A stretch of 63,442 nucleotides of DNA, filler included, from Octopus bimaculoides (Eukaryota): assembly GCF_001194135.2 (NCBI RefSeq). It is 11 parts of 10 records of this genome, joined end to end, with 100 filler letters (N's around TTAATTAATTAA, not from the genome) between each part and the next. Parts side by side here need not be neighbours in the genome. Positions count along the whole stretch, not along the records: positions 62,292 to 63,442 come from NC_068987.1; 10 more parts are not named here. One strand, written 5' to 3'. How positions within the stretch are numbered: position 1 is the stretch's first letter; each line of letters starts with the position of its first letter. The position numbers and the translations under genes were made by a program. The notes under the pieces were generated by a model. The model did no database searches, had not been told where the DNA came from, and was given only the letters and a program-made list of their open reading frames with translations. Shown here piece by piece: positions 62,601-63,442 of the stretch.

Positions 62601-63442
62601 GGTCATAATAGGAGTGCAAAATGGATCGATCGAGAATAGAACTTGCATTACGAAGTTGCTTGAGTTGGTTTGTGTCTTAACACCACTTACCGATGACGTC
62701 CACACTTTTTTTTATTTTTTATTCAGCTTAATACCACCCACACATAGCAGTTCGTCTGGGTATTACTATTTTCATTCTTACAAATTAGAAACTTATGTTA
62801 TCCATCCTTGATTCTTTTTTCTTCAACATAATTCTACTTGTTTCCCATGGAAACTCTTCGCACTTTTGCAGCATGGAATCACCAACAGCCGCTCCGCTAC
62901 GCCACTCCAACATCATCTGCAAACTTCATCTATCATACCGCTCACACCACCACCACCACCATCATCCACATCATTATATATAAACACCATCATCGCTGCT
63001 TCCAACATGATCATCGTGTATAAATGGTGAGTCACTGCTTAGAGCTCTGCTGTATATAGTATTATTAGTATTTATTATTATTATTATTATTTTTTTCTTG
63101 TACTACCATCTTTCTCACAGTGAACATTTCAAATATTCTATCTGTTATACAACACGTTCCAAACGCTACCACTACTCCCAGCGTCACGTGCCGTTGTAAA
63201 TATGTGTTCTGGCGTATGGATTCATGTGTACGTGTGTCAGCGTGCATAAATGTGTGTGCGTGTGTGTGTGTGTGTGCGTGTGTGTGTGTGAGTTCTCTAC
63301 CTGCATATGCTTGCGCAAACTCCTCTATTTTCGGGTGTCTGATTCATGGGAGAATTTGGCAAACAAGATCCAGACAGCTCACAGCTTATTCCTTGGATAC
63401 AACGCTGATAGATTGCACGTATGCGTTTATAATGTATATATA

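Overview
This is AT-rich, microsatellite- and SINE-dense animal DNA. The repeat complement looks like an octopus genome (inference from recalled repeat families, not a search). It is a gappy assembly of 11 pieces joined by ten artificial 100-nt spacers (44 N + TTAATTAATTAA + 44 N), so order and orientation between pieces are uncertain. Only three host coding exons are supportable: the last two coding exons of aspartyl aminopeptidase (DNPEP, minus strand, 8174-8341 and 6198-6245) and one 72-nt phase-2/2 LRR exon that best matches Slit exon 3 (plus strand, 24705-24776). Nearly all other listed ORFs are microsatellite or N artefacts, or transposon debris. Mobile DNA includes a near-full-length decayed CR1-type LINE, an RTE LINE 3' end with three C2H2 fingers, three Tc1/mariner relics, at least two Penelope-like element (PLE) lineages and several modular tRNA-derived SINE families. 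Most notable: (1) eight type-I hammerhead ribozyme motifs of about five architectures, including inverted double-hammerhead PLE insertions (one with a 13-bp TSD) and a hammerhead with a roughly 77-nt stem II; (2) four inverted SINE copies caging the frame-preserving Slit exon; (3) a sharp CpG-poor versus CpG-rich mosaic that follows the assembly joins and, together with gene orientation, implies either antisense interleaving of DNPEP and slit or mis-scaffolding. Hammerheads in PLEs are established knowledge; novelty of these specific variants is untested.
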